Of a DNA stretch of 64,000 nucleotides, positions 61,123-64,000 are shown piece by piece. How positions within the stretch are numbered: position 1 is the stretch's first letter; every line of letters starts with the position of its first letter. The notes beneath the pieces are model-generated. The model had not been told where the DNA came from, searched no databases, and worked only from the letters and a program-made list of their open reading frames with translations. The stretch is from Macrostomum lignano (lineage: Eukaryota), in assembly GCA_002269645.1 (NCBI GenBank), contig NIVC01001451.1, positions 124,001 through 188,000 of the forward strand. The letters are read 5' to 3'. Position numbers and translations under genes: made by a program.

Positions 61123-62926
61123 TCAGCGCCTGGCCAGCTTGGCGATGCCGATGGCGGCTCCAACGGCGGCGCCGACGCCCACAATGGCAGCCGCTCCACC
61201 CAGGATGGCGACGCCGACGGTGCCGTCGCGTTTGCGCTGCTTCTCGGCCTCCTGCCGGAGCTGGCGGACCTGGTGATTGTTCGGCTCCACTTTCAGAATG
61301 CCGTCAATGTACTCGAATGCGTCCTCATATTCGGCCAGCTTCACCTGGGAATAAGAGGTGTATAACAGAAGATAGAATCAAGATATAACAGAAGATAGAA
61401 TCAAGATATAACAGAAGATAGAATCAAGATATAACTGAAGATAGAATCAAGATATAACGGAAGATAGAATCAAGATATAACAGAAGATAGAATCAAGATA
61501 TAACGGAAGATAGAATCAAGATATAACGGAAGATAGAATCAAGATATAACAGAAGATAGAATCAAGATATAACAGAAGATAGAATCAAGATATAACAGAA
61601 GATAGAAACAAGGTATAACAGAAGATAGAATCAAGATATAACGGAAGATAGAATCAAGGTATAACAGAAGATAGAATCAATATATAACAGAAGATAGAAT
61701 CAAGATATAACAGAAGATAGAATCAAGATATAACAGAAGATAGAAACAAGGTATAACAGAAGATAGAATCGAGATATAACAGAAGATAGAATCAAGATAT
61801 AACAGAAGATAGAAACAAGGTATAACAGAAGATAGAAACAAAGTATAACAGAAGATAGAATCAAGATATAACAGAAGATAGAAACAAGGTATAACAGAAG
61901 ATAGAATCAAGATATAACAGAAGATAGAATCAAGGTATAACAGAAGATAGAAGCAAGATATAACAGAAGATAGTCAAGATGTAACAGAAGATAGAATCAA
62001 GATATAACAGAAGATAGAATCAAGATATAACAGAAGATAGAATCAAGATATAACAGAAGATAGAATCAAGATATAACAGAAGATAGAATCAAGATATAAC
62101 AGAAGAAAGAATCAAGATATAACAGATGATAGAATCAAGATATAACAGAAGATAGAATCGAGATATAACAGAAGATAGAATCAAGATATAACAGAAGATA
62201 GAAACAAGATGTAGCAGAAAATAGAATCAAGATATAACGGAAGATAGAATCAAGATATAACAGAAGATATAAGCAAGATATAACAGAAGATAGTCAAGAT
62301 GTAGCAGAAGATAGAATCAAGATATAACAGAAGATAGAATCAAGATATAACAGAAGATAGAATCAAGGTATAACAGAAGATAGAAGCAAGATATAACAGA
62401 AGATAGTCAAGATGTAACAGAAGATAGAATCAAGATATAACAGAAGATATAAGCAAGATATAACAGAAGATAGAATCAAGATATAACAGAAGATAGAATC
62501 AAGATATAACAGAAGATAGAATCAAGATATAACAGAAGATAGAATCAAGATATAACAGAAGATAGAGGCAAGATATAACAGAAGATAGAAGCAAGATGTA
62601 GCATAAATAAAGAAACAGATAATAAGTGCATTTTAGCATAAGATGAAATGAGATGCTTAACGTTGCCCCACCTTGGCCACAGCAATGTAGTACAAGTAGT
62701 CTCGCTTGGCAGTTTCATCTTTGGTGCCTAAAAAGAGGCTCTGCAGCAGCTGGCAGGCCAGGCGAAGGCTGGGCCTGTGCCGCGTCCTGCTTAGGCCCCA
62801 GGCGTATGCAAACTGGGCCGCCTCCAGAGCCTCCGGATTGCTCGGCTTCTCCGATTCTTTTTCATATTGAAGTTGGCATCGCTCCAAGTCTTCAGTTGAT
62901 ATTATGTCTTCTAGAATGCTGCACAT
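61123..62926 (-). CDS. FIS1: Mitochondrial fission 1 protein (two exons, 158 aa)
   Basis: Exon 62672-62926 (QFAYAWGL...RDYLYYIAVAK) and exon 61123-61344 (EYEDAFEYIDGILKVEPNNHQV, C-terminal TM VGVAILGGAAAIVG..., basic tail KLARR). Confidence 0.93.
61357..62600. repeat. 23 bp minisatellite GATATAACAGAAGATAGAATCAA (FIS1 intron)
   Basis: Fills nearly the whole intron. Confidence 0.96.
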
Positions 62927-63158
62927 CTTTCTTTACTTAACAGCATAAATGTGCATTGTTGTGTCCAGATTATGCGTGGGAAGAATTCATTTTAAAAAGG
63001 CATTTAACACATTTTTCTACTGAAACATTTTTTCTGAATTTTAAAAGCCCTCTGTATCTAGGAAAAAAGCATTGTCAGCACAATGATAGTCTTTAATAAA
63101 TGCAACTTCTTTGTTGTTTGTAGGTAGCAAGACTTCAAAGTTTCACATTAGTTTAGAG

Positions 63159-63467
63159 CAGGGGTTGGCAAACTCCAGTTTGTGGACACATGTGGCCCAC
63201 AAAGCCTCTGTATCTGCCCTGTGGGTGCTTTGAAACTTCACAATAGCAATCTGGCCTACTCAATGTTTATATCGCTTCTTAGTGCTCTTCCCTCTTGTCT
63301 CTCTTCTCTTTTCTTTTCTCCTCTCCTTTTCTCTCCTATTTTATCTTTCTTCTCCTTTCCTTCTCGCATCTCCTCTCCTCTTTATTCCCTCTCCTCTCAC
63401 CTCTAGCCTACAGTTGTGCTTCAAGTTCTAAATCTAGACCTTAGGATAAAAAAATTGCCAACCCCTG
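63159..63467. mobile_element. Non-autonomous hAT (Buster/Charlie-like) MITE, 309 bp
   Basis: Perfect 13-bp TIRs CAGGGGTTGGCAA / TTGCCAACCCCTG; 8-bp TSD GTTTAGAG (63151-63158 and 63468-63475) with central TA; CT-rich interior. Confidence 0.9.
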
Positions 63468-64000
63468 GTTTAGAGCTTGTGCACATTATTTGGCTAGGGG
63501 ATATAATGCAATTTGCATCTTAGCTAGGCCATAAGGCAAAATATATATGCTTGATGCTTTAAAATTAAAGTGTCTATACATAATGAGTGCCTATACAAGT
63601 ATGCCTATAGACAATATCTATAAAAAACCACTTCATAATTAGTTGTAGGCAATAGTATATTTAGGACTTTCCTCAATGGGAAAATGAAAAATCTATTTTT
63701 CCAGAGGTGGCCTTATTATGTAAATTTTTATTTGTGCAATATAAAATTAAAAAATGACAAAATGTTTTGTAATATTGATATATAAATGCATATAAAAAGA
63801 ACATTCAATTAATATAGGCCTAAAGTGTCTAAACATGAAGTTAATTATGTCAAAATTGAATTAGCATGCCACATCACAATTTAAAATTTCCTAAGACTTA
63901 AAATTTCTCTAAGTTTATAATTTAAGCATTTACAATAATCTGCTTAAGTTAAATAAGGCCAAAACTTTGAACTCTAAATTTCACATTATAGAAAATTTGA

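Noticed and set aside
4725-62000. Dozens of long repetitive ORFs (e.g. 8230-9166, 15908-17072, 27753-28853, 35581-35934, 46925-47787, 56947-57618, 59126-59495)
   Set aside because: They are open frames of stop-free tandem-repeat units inside introns or intergenic DNA, with no domain content.
1-64000. tRNA, rRNA and snRNA genes
   Set aside because: The GGTTCGA-like matches noticed (e.g. about 26282, 46598) lack cloverleaf context; none is supported by eye, and tRNAscan-SE/Infernal would be needed to exclude them.

Overview
Eukaryotic (animal) genomic DNA, not prokaryotic. GC-rich exons, AT-rich spacers and minisatellite-filled introns are most consistent with a Macrostomum-like flatworm; this is inferred from sequence style only. 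Five spliced protein-coding genes, all on the minus strand, were reconstructed exon by exon with GT/AG boundaries and matching phases: NPC1 (10770-~23991), a PhzF/PBLD-family epimerase (26965-29088), an EML/EMAP-family protein (31773-51343), KIN17 (56384-58856) and FIS1 (61123-62926). Mobile DNA comprises two diverged APE-RT-RNase H LINEs (LOA/R1-like; one 5'-truncated at 160-4927, one full length at 38144-43978 with a 13-bp TSD), a Chapaev-type DNA transposon with a Transib/RAG1-related catalytic core (52326-55293; 122-bp TIRs, 4-bp TSD) and a hAT MITE (63159-63467). The top finding is an HDV-like self-cleaving ribozyme fold whose predicted cleavage site is the first base of the full-length LINE. 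Also notable: a structured 3' UTR and tail shared by both LINE families, a Cys-bracketed insert with a furin-type site in the NPC1 sterol-binding domain, and minisatellites made of multimerised transcription-factor motifs (CLEAR/E-box, AP-1, NF-Y, GATA). Most long ORFs in the supplied track are reading-frame artefacts of tandem repeats.
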